Of a stretch of DNA of 64,000 nucleotides, positions 18,267-28,296 are shown in pieces. Position 1 is the stretch's first letter; the number at the start of each line of letters is the position of its first letter. The notes beneath the pieces were generated by a model. That model saw only the letters and a program-made list of their open reading frames with translations, did no database searches and was not told where the DNA came from. A program made the translations under genes and the position numbers. The stretch comes from a bacterium UBP13_UBA5359 (lineage in GTDB: Bacteria; UBP13; UBA5359): positions 208,643-272,642 of the forward strand of contig DHPR01000012.1 in the NCBI GenBank assembly GCA_002410925.1, read 5' to 3'.

Positions 18267-20417
18267 TTATCTTTGCTGTCCAATCTCTGCTGCGGCAAAT
18301 TCTTTGATGGATGGTATAATAAACTCCACGCTCTGGTTTGTAATTGTGCCGGAGAGTTTTTGGGGGACGCTGCCAGGCTGGTAAAGCTCCAGACCTGCAC
18401 GTTTGATACTTTTGTCCAGAGCGACTCTTACTTTGGTGTTTTGCACCGGCCGGCCGCTGTGGTTGAGGAAATAGAGCAGCGTGCCGCCGCCTTTTGCTTT
18501 ACGGCGCATGGCTACTTCCATTGCAGGAGCAGTCTTTACTTCCAGCAGACGGTCTTTGCTCAGAGCCTCCTGCATGATGGTTCCAAAGAGTTTCATGCAC
18601 CAGGCTTCGCGAGAGGTTTTATTCACCGGCTCTTCCAGAGAATCCGTAACCTCTCCCTGAAAAAGTGTGACGTCATTTGGGCCGATGTAATATACTTTGC
18701 CCTTGCCGTAATTATTTACAGTTATGGCCGATGCTCCATCTTCATAGGCTGCCAGCGTTAAGGCGCCCTTTCCCGGAAGGATTGCTGCGCTCACGGGCTT
18801 GGGCAGCCTCTCTGAGAAGAATAGATCATAGCCATTGAATTTCATCTCCTTGCACTTTGCCTTCAACCATTCCGGGTGGCGATTTGCCATGCGGTAGAAA
18901 AGGGTGGCATCGTTACAGTCAGCCGCTATGGATAATCCTCTTAGTTCTTTGGGGAGGATTTTGCTGCTTAGCTTTAACGTTGTATGCTCTTTGGCCTGCA
19001 CGGGTTTGCCTTGAGTAAGACTTAAGAGCGCCGGATTGGAATGGGGTTTGCCGTATTCATTATAGAAGGCGGTCTCTCCAGTAATAATAAGCGTGCCACC
19101 GTTCTTTACATACCCGGCAAAAGAATCCGCCTCATATTTGCTCATACATTTAACGTCCGGCAGTACTATTACAGAGTAGCCTTTCAACTTCTCCGGCAGG
19201 CTGCTCTCTTGGCAGAAGGGCACGGAGATTATATCCGCTGGTACCTGCATGTGGGAGAGGGCGTAATAGGTGTACTCCGTCTGGAAGGATGCGCCGTAAA
19301 GCCCGGTCATTCTGCTCCAGGGGCCCCACATATCCTTCATGCGGAAGGTGTTTTCAGAGAAATAGATACCCACCTGGCTGACGGGATGCGTATCCTGCCA
19401 CAGATGCTTGTTCTCCCTGGCAAAATCGAGCGCCCTTCCCAGAGCTTCAATATTTTCCGTCCTCTTTTGCGAGAATGCAGCCATAACGAACACAGTTAAA
19501 TTTGATGCGCCATTCATCAGATATTCGAACGGCTGCCGGTAGACATCATCCGGGTTCAGGTCCATATAGCCTTCAGCCGGCCAGCCGGTATCGCGATGTG
19601 AATCATAAAACTGGATCACCCCGCCCAAGGAGCGCGCATCCATAGCCGCTCTATGCCATCGAATCATGAACCCCGACCATTGCAGCGGTCTTCTAAAAGC
19701 TTGAAAATAAGGATCGGTTATTAGCCGGCAAGAAGCAGGGAAACTCTTGAAGCGGTTGATGTCAACACCCATCTGTGATCCGGACTCATACGTGGTGGGC
19801 GTCAAACAGATCATTAAACTTTTGCTGGGAAACGCTGTCCTATACCCTTCTACAATGTTTGCCAGCCTGTCCGTAAAGACTTTTTGCCTGAACCACACGG
19901 TGTTACGCCAGCCATTGGAATCATTAAGACGATCCCGGCTGAGCGTTGGCCAGCAGCCGAACTGCTTGTAATATTCGTTCCGCAGATCTATATCTTTCTC
20001 TAACTCCGGTATACTTTGCAGCTTCCAATCGCCGTAGCCCCAGCTAGGTTCATCTATTTCAAAAGCACTTACTCCGCTCAAATATTCAGAACCGATATTC
20101 TGTGTACACCATGCCTTCAACTGTTCAGATATCTTTTCCGGCGCCGAGGTAGCCCAAAAATTCTTCCACGGCATCCAGCCGCAAACTACGGGAAGCTTGT
20201 TTTCTTTATAGGCCATTCCCTCACCCTTGGCAACGTAATTATGATGCATCGTAGCCTCTTCTATCCCATATTTTTTACAAAATTCCAGGCACTGAGGAGT
20301 ATACTCGGCATTAGGATAGAGATAGACGCTGATAAATTTCTCTGCTGCTATGGCACCCGATATCAGATTATGCAGCAACAGCAACATAAAAATTAAGCTT
20401 ATTTTTGCGCCTCTCAT
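18267..20417 (-). CDS. Secreted glycoside-hydrolase-like protein with beta-galactosidase trimerisation-like domain (GH42-related architecture)
   Basis: Signal peptide; IDEP; VGIYFS; YSVIVLPDVKCMS...YVKNGGTLIITG; NNYGKGKVYY. Confidence 0.7.
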   Translation of the reverse strand: MRGAKISLIFMLLLLHNLISGAIAAEKFISVYLYPNAEYTPQCLEFCKKYGIEEATMHHNYVAKGEGMAYKENKLPVVCGWMPWKNFWATSAPEKISEQLKAWCTQNIGSEYLSGVSAFEIDEPSWGYGDWKLQSIPELEKDIDLRNEYYKQFGCWPTLSRDRLNDSNGWRNTVWFRQKVFTDRLANIVEGYRTAFPSKSLMICLTPTTYESGSQMGVDINRFKSFPASCRLITDPYFQAFRRPLQWSGFMIRWHRAAMDARSLGGVIQFYDSHRDTGWPAEGYMDLNPDDVYRQPFEYLMNGASNLTVFVMAAFSQKRTENIEALGRALDFARENKHLWQDTHPVSQVGIYFSENTFRMKDMWGPWSRMTGLYGASFQTEYTYYALSHMQVPADIISVPFCQESSLPEKLKGYSVIVLPDVKCMSKYEADSFAGYVKNGGTLIITGETAFYNEYGKPHSNPALLSLTQGKPVQAKEHTTLKLSSKILPKELRGLSIAADCNDATLFYRMANRHPEWLKAKCKEMKFNGYDLFFSERLPKPVSAAILPGKGALTLAAYEDGASAITVNNYGKGKVYYIGPNDVTLFQGEVTDSLEEPVNKTSREAWCMKLFGTIMQEALSKDRLLEVKTAPAMEVAMRRKAKGGGTLLYFLNHSGRPVQNTKVRVALDKSIKRAGLELYQPGSVPQKLSGTITNQSVEFIIPSIKEFAAAEIGQQR

Positions 20418-21886
20418 TTAGATAGTCCTCCTGTATCAAGCTCAACCTCTTGCTGCAGCGGGCGGCAAGCGGGGTGGTAAACCGTCAACCTTATCTTGCC
20501 GTCTGCAGGCCTGGCTGTTTTTATGCGGTATACTCCGCCCTGCCCCAGCCCTTCAGTGCCGTCGCCATTAACTGTCTTTTCACTGCCGTTTATATTAATC
20601 ACTACCCGGCACTTGTCAGCGGGCTTGTTCAGGTAAGGAGCTACCGCCTCGCCCAGATCCTCCAGGTATTTATCCCAACCATAAGGGCGATTCCATGGTC
20701 CCCTTATGGGGTTCAAGTAACTCCAGATCAGAATGCCGTCCACCCCGCGAGAGAAAGCTTCTCTGACAGCGATCTGAATCTCTCCCGGCTTTAGCGGCCC
20801 GGAGTTATCCCCGCAATCGTACCCCTGCAGCCAGTAATAACAGGAAAAGCCCCTCTTTTGCGCTGTGTCGACAAATTTGCGGGCGACACTTTCATCCCCC
20901 GCCGTCAGCGGCGACGCTTTGCCCACAGCCCAGTAGATGGCTGTTTGAATGCCGTCAAGGTGCCCAATATTCATAACGCCGTTCCAGAAATCCAACCCGT
21001 AGTAAGGGTGGATATCGGTCAAAGTGGTAACCTGGCAAGAGATTTGGGGGAAGCAGCGGCGCATAAGCTTAAAGATATCTTCAATCCGCTCCGTAACCGG
21101 CTCGCAGTAAAACTCCGCCATCTTGCTCCAGGCAGCCCGGTCGCTCTCTTGCATATATTTTGCCTTGGGCATACCGGCAGGCCAATCCACCGGTATGCTG
21201 CTTTTAGTTGCTTCTTCCAGGTTTACCGGCTTAGGCATTGCAAGGCCGTACTTCTGCTGAAAATGCTTGCTGCAGTGCCGGCAGTAGCAGAACTCACCGG
21301 CAGTCTGGCCGGGTTCGTTCATTATCACGCCGTCCAGGCGAACGCCGTGTTTTGCCATTGTTGCTACGCATTCAAGCATGGCTTTGTTAAAGGCCTCTTT
21401 TACCTGGGGATTTCTATAGCAGTGTCTGTTATTTATTTTTCTGTCTTTCCAGTCTATTTTAAAGAGCTCCTCCTTTGTAGATAAAAAGCGTTCGTAGGAT
21501 ACGGGGTTCAGGCCGCTCAGCCAAAAGACTGTAAAGCCTTTATCTTTAAGCATATCGGTAACGCGTTTAGCCTCTTTGATATCGCTCTCTTTAAGTAACC
21601 CTAAAGGCAATCTCAAAGAAACCGTGTTAATCCCTCGTTTTTTTAAGGCTTGCAACTCCCTACCAGTAACCTGATCCGGGTTCATTTGCATGGCGATAAC
21701 AGGTTCACGCTGCACCTTAATGGTTAATTCTCCGCCGCTCCCGGTTGCAGCATATTGAACATCTGCGCCTAACACTCCTCTTATGGTAGTGCTGTCAGCC
21801 GCCTGGGCATGACAGCTTCCGGCGCAGGCGGCAACCAGGAATAGCATTGCACATACAGCAACTTTGCTTGCAAGCGGTGGTTTCAT
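20414..21886 (-). CDS. Secreted putative TIM-barrel glycoside hydrolase
   Basis: Signal peptide; DGVIMNEP, FCYCRHC, YWLQG, GVDGILIWSY. Confidence 0.55.
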   Translation of the reverse strand: MKPPLASKVAVCAMLFLVAACAGSCHAQAADSTTIRGVLGADVQYAATGSGGELTIKVQREPVIAMQMNPDQVTGRELQALKKRGINTVSLRLPLGLLKESDIKEAKRVTDMLKDKGFTVFWLSGLNPVSYERFLSTKEELFKIDWKDRKINNRHCYRNPQVKEAFNKAMLECVATMAKHGVRLDGVIMNEPGQTAGEFCYCRHCSKHFQQKYGLAMPKPVNLEEATKSSIPVDWPAGMPKAKYMQESDRAAWSKMAEFYCEPVTERIEDIFKLMRRCFPQISCQVTTLTDIHPYYGLDFWNGVMNIGHLDGIQTAIYWAVGKASPLTAGDESVARKFVDTAQKRGFSCYYWLQGYDCGDNSGPLKPGEIQIAVREAFSRGVDGILIWSYLNPIRGPWNRPYGWDKYLEDLGEAVAPYLNKPADKCRVVININGSEKTVNGDGTEGLGQGGVYRIKTARPADGKIRLTVYHPACRPLQQEVELDTGGLSK

Positions 21887-23034
21887 GGGATAGCAATCTC
21901 CTTCTCTTGCGAAAGTCCGGTTTTGCTCAAGCTCTTATCCAGCGCCAGCACGCGGTAGTAATAAGTGACCCCTTTTCCCAATAACACCTTGCCATCCTCA
22001 TTCTTTGCCGGGTCCAGATAAGAAGTCTGATCTCCCTTTACCCTGGCAATAAACTGCGTAGCCCGGCCCAGCATCTTCCCGGATTCAGTAAAACGGTAAA
22101 TCCTGTACTCCGCTGCAGAAGAAGAAGGCTTCCAGGTTAGCATAACGCCGTTTTCATCGGCAGCGGCCTTGATATCCGTAGCGGGCTCTATGGCGAGGAG
22201 CTCATAAGTAAAAGGATACTCAAAGTTCTGCCAGCTTCCGCTCTCTCCCTTTATCTGGACTATAAGCTTGTAGCTGAGTTTTCCCAGGTTATATACGGGC
22301 AGCGTCAAAGTGCCTAGATAAAAGGTGTTGTCATCGCCATAGCTGGTCTTGGCTTTTATAATGCCGGAGGGCCCGCTGAGCATAGCCCTGATATTCGCAG
22401 GCTCAACCTTGCCGGAGAGCTGGATCTCCAGAATCTCCGGCAACCCATCCATTGACTTCTCCTGCCCCTTGCTTATCTCCACCGGATAATAGGTGGTGAA
22501 ATTAAAATCACAGCTGCCCCATCGGGCGCCATTGATGGTAAAGTCACCATCGGGGTATAAATCGCCTCCATATTGGTACCAGTAGTAGTAGCATTTTTCA
22601 GGGGCCAGGGGAACGGAGAACTCAAAATAATACGGCGTGCCGGGCTTTGTATTTACATTCATGGGAAAATAAAAGTTATCTGCAAAGGCCGGCTTCTTTT
22701 CATCGGTAATGAAGAGCAGCGGCTGCGAATTTTTGGTGGCTGCATAGTTTTCTTTGCACTCCCAGAGCCTGATCTCCAGGTTCGCATCGCCGGTATATGC
22801 GCCATCATCTTTCCTTCTGTAAACCACCGCTCTAAGAATACTCAACTTATCTTTAGAAGGGGTAAAACTCTGGCCAACAACTCCTTCGCCAAACAGCCAT
22901 TTAGGGTCATTTGAGAAGCAGTTGCCCTGATCCTGATAGTGGGCAATCACCTTGTTTGGCACCACATCTGCCCCGGCCTGGCTGGCCGCAGCAATACCGA
23001 TCAAACATAGAACAACCGTCATCCATTTTTTCAT
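21883..23034 (-). CDS. Secreted protein with C-terminal fibronectin type III domain
   Basis: Signal peptide ending AGA; LTWKPS...YRIYR...SYLD...YYYRVLALD. Confidence 0.7.
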   Translation of the reverse strand: MKKWMTVVLCLIGIAAASQAGADVVPNKVIAHYQDQGNCFSNDPKWLFGEGVVGQSFTPSKDKLSILRAVVYRRKDDGAYTGDANLEIRLWECKENYAATKNSQPLLFITDEKKPAFADNFYFPMNVNTKPGTPYYFEFSVPLAPEKCYYYWYQYGGDLYPDGDFTINGARWGSCDFNFTTYYPVEISKGQEKSMDGLPEILEIQLSGKVEPANIRAMLSGPSGIIKAKTSYGDDNTFYLGTLTLPVYNLGKLSYKLIVQIKGESGSWQNFEYPFTYELLAIEPATDIKAAADENGVMLTWKPSSSAAEYRIYRFTESGKMLGRATQFIARVKGDQTSYLDPAKNEDGKVLLGKGVTYYYRVLALDKSLSKTGLSQEKEIAIP

Positions 23035-23114
23035 TTCATACCTCCATTTTGTTAGACTCTATTGAAACAACTGGAATTGACTTCATAAAGCTCCTGTTAA
23101 ATCCACACACCGAA

Positions 23115-23786
23115 TCACCAATTTTCAACCACTGCGCCATCCATCACGCAGTATTGCACATTCATTGATCTCAGTTCCGTAGTGCCTATAACGGCAACAT
23201 GCCCATCGGCAAAGAAAGCGTTGGCTTTACCATTATGGCGCAGATGAAAAAATCTCTGGGTACTTATCCAACCGTATATGTAATAACATTGGGGCGAACC
23301 CTGGGACGAACTGCTTACTGAATCCGCCAGCACTATCTGCCAGGCAGGGCCTTTGGCTGTATAAGGCACCCCGCCTACCCCTTTATAATCATCGCCCCAG
23401 AGCCGTTGCGCCCAGCCATGCTCATACACCCATAAGCCATATACCGCTGAGTAGCTACCACTGAATTTCGCCGGGGCGCAGCTTGGGCAGACTAAACAGG
23501 CCGGGTCGCCAAGGTATTTACCTTCTACCAAACGCTGCGCCCAGGTCTTTCCCATTGCGTTTGAATACGCCGACGGAGTCCAACCATCATTGTCTTCCGC
23601 ATAAAGCATCAAGGCCATGCCGCACTGCTTCAAATTATTGGTGCACGCCGTCTGCCGCGCCTTTTCTCTGGCCTGGGAGAAGACAGGAAAAAGAATAGCA
23701 GTAAGGATTGCAATTATAGCAATAACAACGAGTAATTCTATAAGAGTAAAGCCCTTCTCCTGTTTTCCAATATAATGCTTCCTCAT
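23115..23786 (-). CDS. Prepilin-type N-terminal cleavage/methylation protein with H-X9-DG motif (DUF1559-like), copy 1
   Basis: [47 protein letters not shown]. Confidence 0.93.
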   Translation of the reverse strand: MRKHYIGKQEKGFTLIELLVVIAIIAILTAILFPVFSQAREKARQTACTNNLKQCGMALMLYAEDNDGWTPSAYSNAMGKTWAQRLVEGKYLGDPACLVCPSCAPAKFSGSYSAVYGLWVYEHGWAQRLWGDDYKGVGGVPYTAKGPAWQIVLADSVSSSSQGSPQCYYIYGWISTQRFFHLRHNGKANAFFADGHVAVIGTTELRSMNVQYCVMDGAVVENW

Positions 23787-23862
23787 AAGCCACGCCTCCT
23801 AAAAGTCATCTCTCTTTCGTAAGGCTGCCGCTCATATCTATTCATCAGCCGAATTTTCCTCC

Positions 23863-24990
23863 TTATGCCACCGGCAGCCTCCTTTTCGGCATAAGGCTGG
23901 TCTTGCGTACTTTCAATTCCACCGGCAAAACAATTTGTCGCCCGCCTGATTTACCTTTCTCAATGGCCTGCAGGAGCACCTCCATAGCCTTCTCTCCCAT
24001 TTCGGCGGCGGGATGCCTTACGGTTGTCAGATCTATACCCCACTGACCGGCCAGATCTATGTCGTCAAAGCCGCAAAGGGCAATATCCTGCGGCACTTTT
24101 ACGCCCTTTTCCCTCAATCCTCTCATCAGACCTATGGCCATAGAGTCTCCAACGGAAAAGACCGCCAGGGGGCGCTCCGTTATGGAGGCACTTCTATCGG
24201 CCATCCGGTAGCCATCCTTTTCATATCCGTGCAACGGGTCCGTGCTTGTGGCTTCCAGGATAGATCTCTCGTCAAAGGAAAGCCCTGCATCCTCAATGGC
24301 CTTCCTGTAGCCGGCAAACCTGTCCTGTATTTCCGGCTGCATATGCAGCCCCTCAACCGTCATGAAGAATATTTTCCTGTAACCGCCCTCTAGCAGGTGA
24401 TTGGTAAGCGCATACCCTCCCTGGTAATCGTCCGGAATGACAAAATCAATATCGGCGGCAACTTTATGCGAAGGAAGCCTGGAAACCAGAACAAAGGGTT
24501 TCTCCTTCTGCAAAAGAAACCTCACTCCGGGAGACAACTCTCCCTGCATATAGCTGGGCGAGATCAGAAAGCCGTCCACTTCGGAAAGCAATCCCCTTAT
24601 ATACGATTCTTCCTTGAGAATATCTCCCTCGCTATTGCATAGGACTATGTAAAACCCGTTTCTCTCGGCATAATTCTCAATACCGCGAATAATCCTGGAG
24701 TAGTAAGGGTTGTCGGAGTGGTAAACGATCACTCCTATCCTATTCTTTCTTCTTGCTCTTGCAGGAGAAACAAAACTGCCCATTCCCTGTTTACGGCAAA
24801 TCATTTCCTCGTTAATCAATTCATTTAAAGCCTTGATGACGGTATGCCTGCTTACGCTGAATTGCTGAGCCAATTCATTCTCAGAGGGTATCTTCTCTCC
24901 TTCGGCATACTGACCAGCTGATATTCTATGCCTAAGAATATCTTTTATTTGCTTATATTTCGGTTTTATTCCCGAAAGCTTCTCTTCCAT
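23863..24990 (-). CDS. GntR-HTH + LacI-type sensor regulator (AraR-like)
   Basis: IPSENELAQQFSVSRHTV, QGMGSFV; sensor GFDD...LTTVRHP; RBS GAGGAG before ATG 24990. Confidence 0.92.
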   Translation of the reverse strand: MEEKLSGIKPKYKQIKDILRHRISAGQYAEGEKIPSENELAQQFSVSRHTVIKALNELINEEMICRKQGMGSFVSPARARRKNRIGVIVYHSDNPYYSRIIRGIENYAERNGFYIVLCNSEGDILKEESYIRGLLSEVDGFLISPSYMQGELSPGVRFLLQKEKPFVLVSRLPSHKVAADIDFVIPDDYQGGYALTNHLLEGGYRKIFFMTVEGLHMQPEIQDRFAGYRKAIEDAGLSFDERSILEATSTDPLHGYEKDGYRMADRSASITERPLAVFSVGDSMAIGLMRGLREKGVKVPQDIALCGFDDIDLAGQWGIDLTTVRHPAAEMGEKAMEVLLQAIEKGKSGGRQIVLPVELKVRKTSLMPKRRLPVA

Positions 24991-25033
24991 ATTGCTCCTC
25001 GATAAACTCTCTGCAATCAACAGGTTGTCCGTG

Positions 25034-25047
25034 CTTGACCGTACAAG
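25034..25047. promoter_or_regulatory. Candidate AraR/GntR-type operator
   Basis: Near-palindrome CTTGACCGTACAAG just downstream of the leftward promoter. Confidence 0.5.
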
Positions 25048-25055
25048 ATAACCAT

Positions 25056-25084
25056 ATGTTACTGCCTATGTATACTTTTGTCAA
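25056..25084 (-). promoter_or_regulatory. Sigma70-type promoter for the regulator-prepilin operon
   Basis: TTGACA-17bp-TAACAT. Confidence 0.65.
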
Positions 25085-25108
25085 TAGTAATTTTAATATG
25101 AGGCATGG

Positions 25109-25137
25109 TTGACAAGAATATGTTCATCGGTTAGCAT
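25109..25137 (+). promoter_or_regulatory. Divergent sigma70-type promoter for the DUF4091 gene
   Basis: TTGACA-17bp-TAGCAT. Confidence 0.55.
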
Positions 25138-25194
25138 GTCAAGCATATTTAGCAAGCTTGTATCAAAATCCGTTATTGCACGGGGCGTATCGTT

Positions 25195-26814
25195 ATGAAA
25201 GACTGCTTTAAAGCATGGCTGGCTGACTCACTACACAGAATTTATCCTCTCGCCTCCTCCGGAGACGGCTCTTCTCCTCAATTGGCAGGAGCCAGGGGCG
25301 AGCGTCTCTCCTTCCAGATTGGCTGCCGGACAGGTGCTCTATCCGGCGACCTCAGGGCCGAAATAGAAGCTGAAGATGGATTGCTGGTTACTATACGCCG
25401 CGTAGGCTTCGTGCCGCTGCCGCACCTTACACCGGATACTCCGGCAGAGGAACTGGAAACCGGCGGAGCCGTGCCCGGCATGGTTCCTGATCCTTTGCTG
25501 CCGAAGAATGAAACAGCAACAGGCTGCTTTGAAACGGCCGTTTTCTGGGTGACGGTCAAAATAACTTCGGAAGCTCCGGCAGGCAGGCATAAAATAGAAA
25601 TTCGGTTAAAGCTGAGCGGAGAAATAGTAGCCCTGCTGGAGACAGAGATTGCCGTTTATCCCTGTTTGCTACCTAAAAGAGTGAATTTCCCGGTAACCAA
25701 CTGGTTTTATGCCGATGCCCTGCTGGATTGGTACGGACTGCGGCCTTTTGAGGAAAATTTTTGGAGTATCCTAAGATCTTATCTGGCCGACCTGGTTGAG
25801 CACGGACAGGATACCATATACACTCCGGTATTTACCCCGCCCCTTGATGGCGTGAAAAGACCTGCTCAATTGCTGCAGGTGGCTAGAAATGATAACGGCT
25901 ATGTTTTTGATTGGAGTCTGGTAAAGCGTTGGGTGGATACTGCCCGATCCTGCGGGATAAAAAATTTTGAATGGACGCACCTGTTTACGCAATGGGGCGC
26001 TGCCAACGCCATTCGCATTTACGAGGGACATGGGCTGAAAGAGCAACTGCTTTGGCCTCCGGGCACAGGAGCGGTATCGGATGTCTACAGAGCCTTTCTT
26101 TCTCAATACCTGCCGCAACTCCATCGTTTCCTGGATAAGGAGCGCTTGCTGGAAAAGAGTTTTTTTCATCTCTCTGATGAGCCACATGGTGAAGAGCATC
26201 TGGCCAATTACCGTTCTGCCAGGAATATGCTGCGGGAGCTGGCTCCCTGGATGAAAATTATGGATGCGCTGAGTGAGATCTCCTTTGCCAGAGAAGGGTT
26301 GACGGATATCCCCATTCCCATGATAAATAACGCCCCGGAATTCATTGCAGAGGGTTTTCCGGCCTGGGCTTACTTCTGCTGCGGCCCACGTGGAAAATAC
26401 TTGAATCGCTTTCTGGATACACCTCTTTTAAAGATAAGAATGACCGGCTGGCTTCTTTATCGCAATAGAGCCAACGGCTTTCTGCATTGGGGCGGCAATT
26501 ATTGGTATAGGGGCGGAACAGAAGAGCTGATCAATCCCTTTCACGTAACCGATGCCGAAAGGTGGCCTGATTGGGCTTCCGGTGATCCCTTTGTTATATA
26601 TCCAGGTCCTGACGGCCCGATAGATTCTCTACGCTGGGAAATCTTTGCCGAAAGTCTGCAGGATTATGCCCTGCTGCAAGCCTGCGGCATAGATCCTGAT
26701 GATATCCTGCTGCAGGATATTCATGATTATGCCGATTTCCCCAGGGACACGGAATGGATAAAAAGGCGCCGGCTGGAATTGCTGGGAGCCTTGGGGTCAG
26801 GAGTTTACAGGTAG
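25195..26814 (+). CDS. DUF4091-domain protein (GH123-related putative hexosaminidase), cytoplasmic
   Basis: PDPLLP, SDEP, WAYFCCGP, NRFLD, GFLHWG.NYW, SGDPFVIYP, SLRWE...QDY. Confidence 0.82.
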   Translation: MKDCFKAWLADSLHRIYPLASSGDGSSPQLAGARGERLSFQIGCRTGALSGDLRAEIEAEDGLLVTIRRVGFVPLPHLTPDTPAEELETGGAVPGMVPDPLLPKNETATGCFETAVFWVTVKITSEAPAGRHKIEIRLKLSGEIVALLETEIAVYPCLLPKRVNFPVTNWFYADALLDWYGLRPFEENFWSILRSYLADLVEHGQDTIYTPVFTPPLDGVKRPAQLLQVARNDNGYVFDWSLVKRWVDTARSCGIKNFEWTHLFTQWGAANAIRIYEGHGLKEQLLWPPGTGAVSDVYRAFLSQYLPQLHRFLDKERLLEKSFFHLSDEPHGEEHLANYRSARNMLRELAPWMKIMDALSEISFAREGLTDIPIPMINNAPEFIAEGFPAWAYFCCGPRGKYLNRFLDTPLLKIRMTGWLLYRNRANGFLHWGGNYWYRGGTEELINPFHVTDAERWPDWASGDPFVIYPGPDGPIDSLRWEIFAESLQDYALLQACGIDPDDILLQDIHDYADFPRDTEWIKRRRLELLGALGSGVYR

Positions 26815-26850
26815 CATGCACACGTGCTGCATGCTACCTCCTGACCCCAA
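26791..26850. repeat. REP-like compound palindrome, copy 2, between convergent genes (may act as terminator)
   Basis: ttggggtcagg...aggtagcatgca-cacgtgc-tgcatgctacct-cctgaccccaa. Confidence 0.75.
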
Positions 26851-26865
26851 TAACTTACAACAACA

Positions 26866-28143
26866 TTACTTTTGCATGGCTCCGGCTATACGGCTTTCCA
26901 TCACCTTGAGCGTCTTGTCCAGATCCTGATTCAAAAGGACATATTTGTCCATCTCTTCTCCCACGGCCTGGTCGAATTGGTCGGGCACCACCCGGCTGCT
27001 ATACATGCTGCTATGGGGAATTATATACTCCATACCCTTGCGGATATTCTCAGCTACATCTTTGGGATGGGTGGAGTTGTTCAGCAAAAACTCCATCTCT
27101 TCTCCCACGGGACGCACCGGCACGGAATCTCCCATCCCTATCAGGAATTTGATGCTCTCCGGCTGGCACATAAACTTGGCCAGCTCAAAGGCCAACTCCT
27201 TGTTCTTGCTCTTACTGTTGACGCCCAGGATGTTGCCTCCTGCCAGATAGGCGCGCTCGCCACCTTTGGGCACCGGCGCCATCACGCAACCGTAGTTCAA
27301 ATTTTGCGCACTTCTGTTCTGTATCTTGAAGGTAGCTATCTCCCAGGAGCTGCCCAGATACATAGCCGCTCTGCCGCCGATGAACTGCTCCCTGTTTCCC
27401 ATATCCTTGGATTCCTGAGGATAGGGTGCTATCTTATAAGTGGCATAGACATCCTTGGTAAACCTTATCCCCTTTTTAAAGGGCTCGCTATTGATATTGC
27501 ACTTGCTGCCCTCCTTGCTCCAGAGCTGCCCGCCATAGAGTATTCCCAGCTGCTGCCAGCTCATACCATTTATCAGGCCAAATTGCCTGGCTTTGCCGTT
27601 GGGGTCTCTTATGGTCATCTTTTTGGCTTGCTCCACCATTTCTTCCAGGGTCATATCATTGGTAGGATAGGGCATCTTCATCTTATCGAAGATATCCTTA
27701 TTGTAATAGAGAAGAGGTATGGAACAATTGCTCACCAGCCCATATATCTTTCCTTTATAGCTCACATCGGCAACCAGCGCTGGATAATACTGTTTAAGAA
27801 ACTCTCTATCCTTATCCAGATATGGGGTCATATCCATCAGAATGCCCCGCTTGATGAAATCCCAGTACATGTTGGGCGGCACAAAGAAGACATCCGGGGC
27901 TGTGCCTGCAGCCAGCTGAGTCATGATCTTGCCGGCAAAGTTGCCGCCGATCGGTTCATACTTTATCCTTACTTCCGGATGCAGCTTCTCAAAGGCTGCC
28001 GATTCATCATACCTGAATTTGTCGTAGGCCGGAAAGGCATATCCCGACCATCTCAACTCTGTTTTGTCGCTTTTCTGCTGCCCGCAACCAAGCAGCAATG
28101 CCGACAGCAGCAGGCAGATAGTCCAAAGCATCGTTCTTTTCAT
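26866..28143 (-). CDS. Sugar ABC transporter substrate-binding lipoprotein
   Basis: Lipobox LLLGC; AGTAPDVF, LYYNKDIFDK, FIGGRAAM, SKNKELAFE. Confidence 0.92.
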   Translation of the reverse strand: MKRTMLWTICLLLSALLLGCGQQKSDKTELRWSGYAFPAYDKFRYDESAAFEKLHPEVRIKYEPIGGNFAGKIMTQLAAGTAPDVFFVPPNMYWDFIKRGILMDMTPYLDKDREFLKQYYPALVADVSYKGKIYGLVSNCSIPLLYYNKDIFDKMKMPYPTNDMTLEEMVEQAKKMTIRDPNGKARQFGLINGMSWQQLGILYGGQLWSKEGSKCNINSEPFKKGIRFTKDVYATYKIAPYPQESKDMGNREQFIGGRAAMYLGSSWEIATFKIQNRSAQNLNYGCVMAPVPKGGERAYLAGGNILGVNSKSKNKELAFELAKFMCQPESIKFLIGMGDSVPVRPVGEEMEFLLNNSTHPKDVAENIRKGMEYIIPHSSMYSSRVVPDQFDQAVGEEMDKYVLLNQDLDKTLKVMESRIAGAMQK

Positions 28144-28296
28144 TTACCGAGCCTCCTCATATTAATAGCACCTTAAAAAAGCATCTACATGATATAATAG
28201 TTCTTTTCAACAATAAATCAATAGCGCCTTGCTCTTGCAGGACAAAACCACCCGGTCACGAACTTATATACAGTAACTATATATTCTGGTGAGATC

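Noticed and set aside
26872-28176. 434-aa plus-strand ORF
   Set aside because: Lies antisense to the clearly recognisable ABC substrate-binding protein over nearly its whole length; no motifs; shadow ORF
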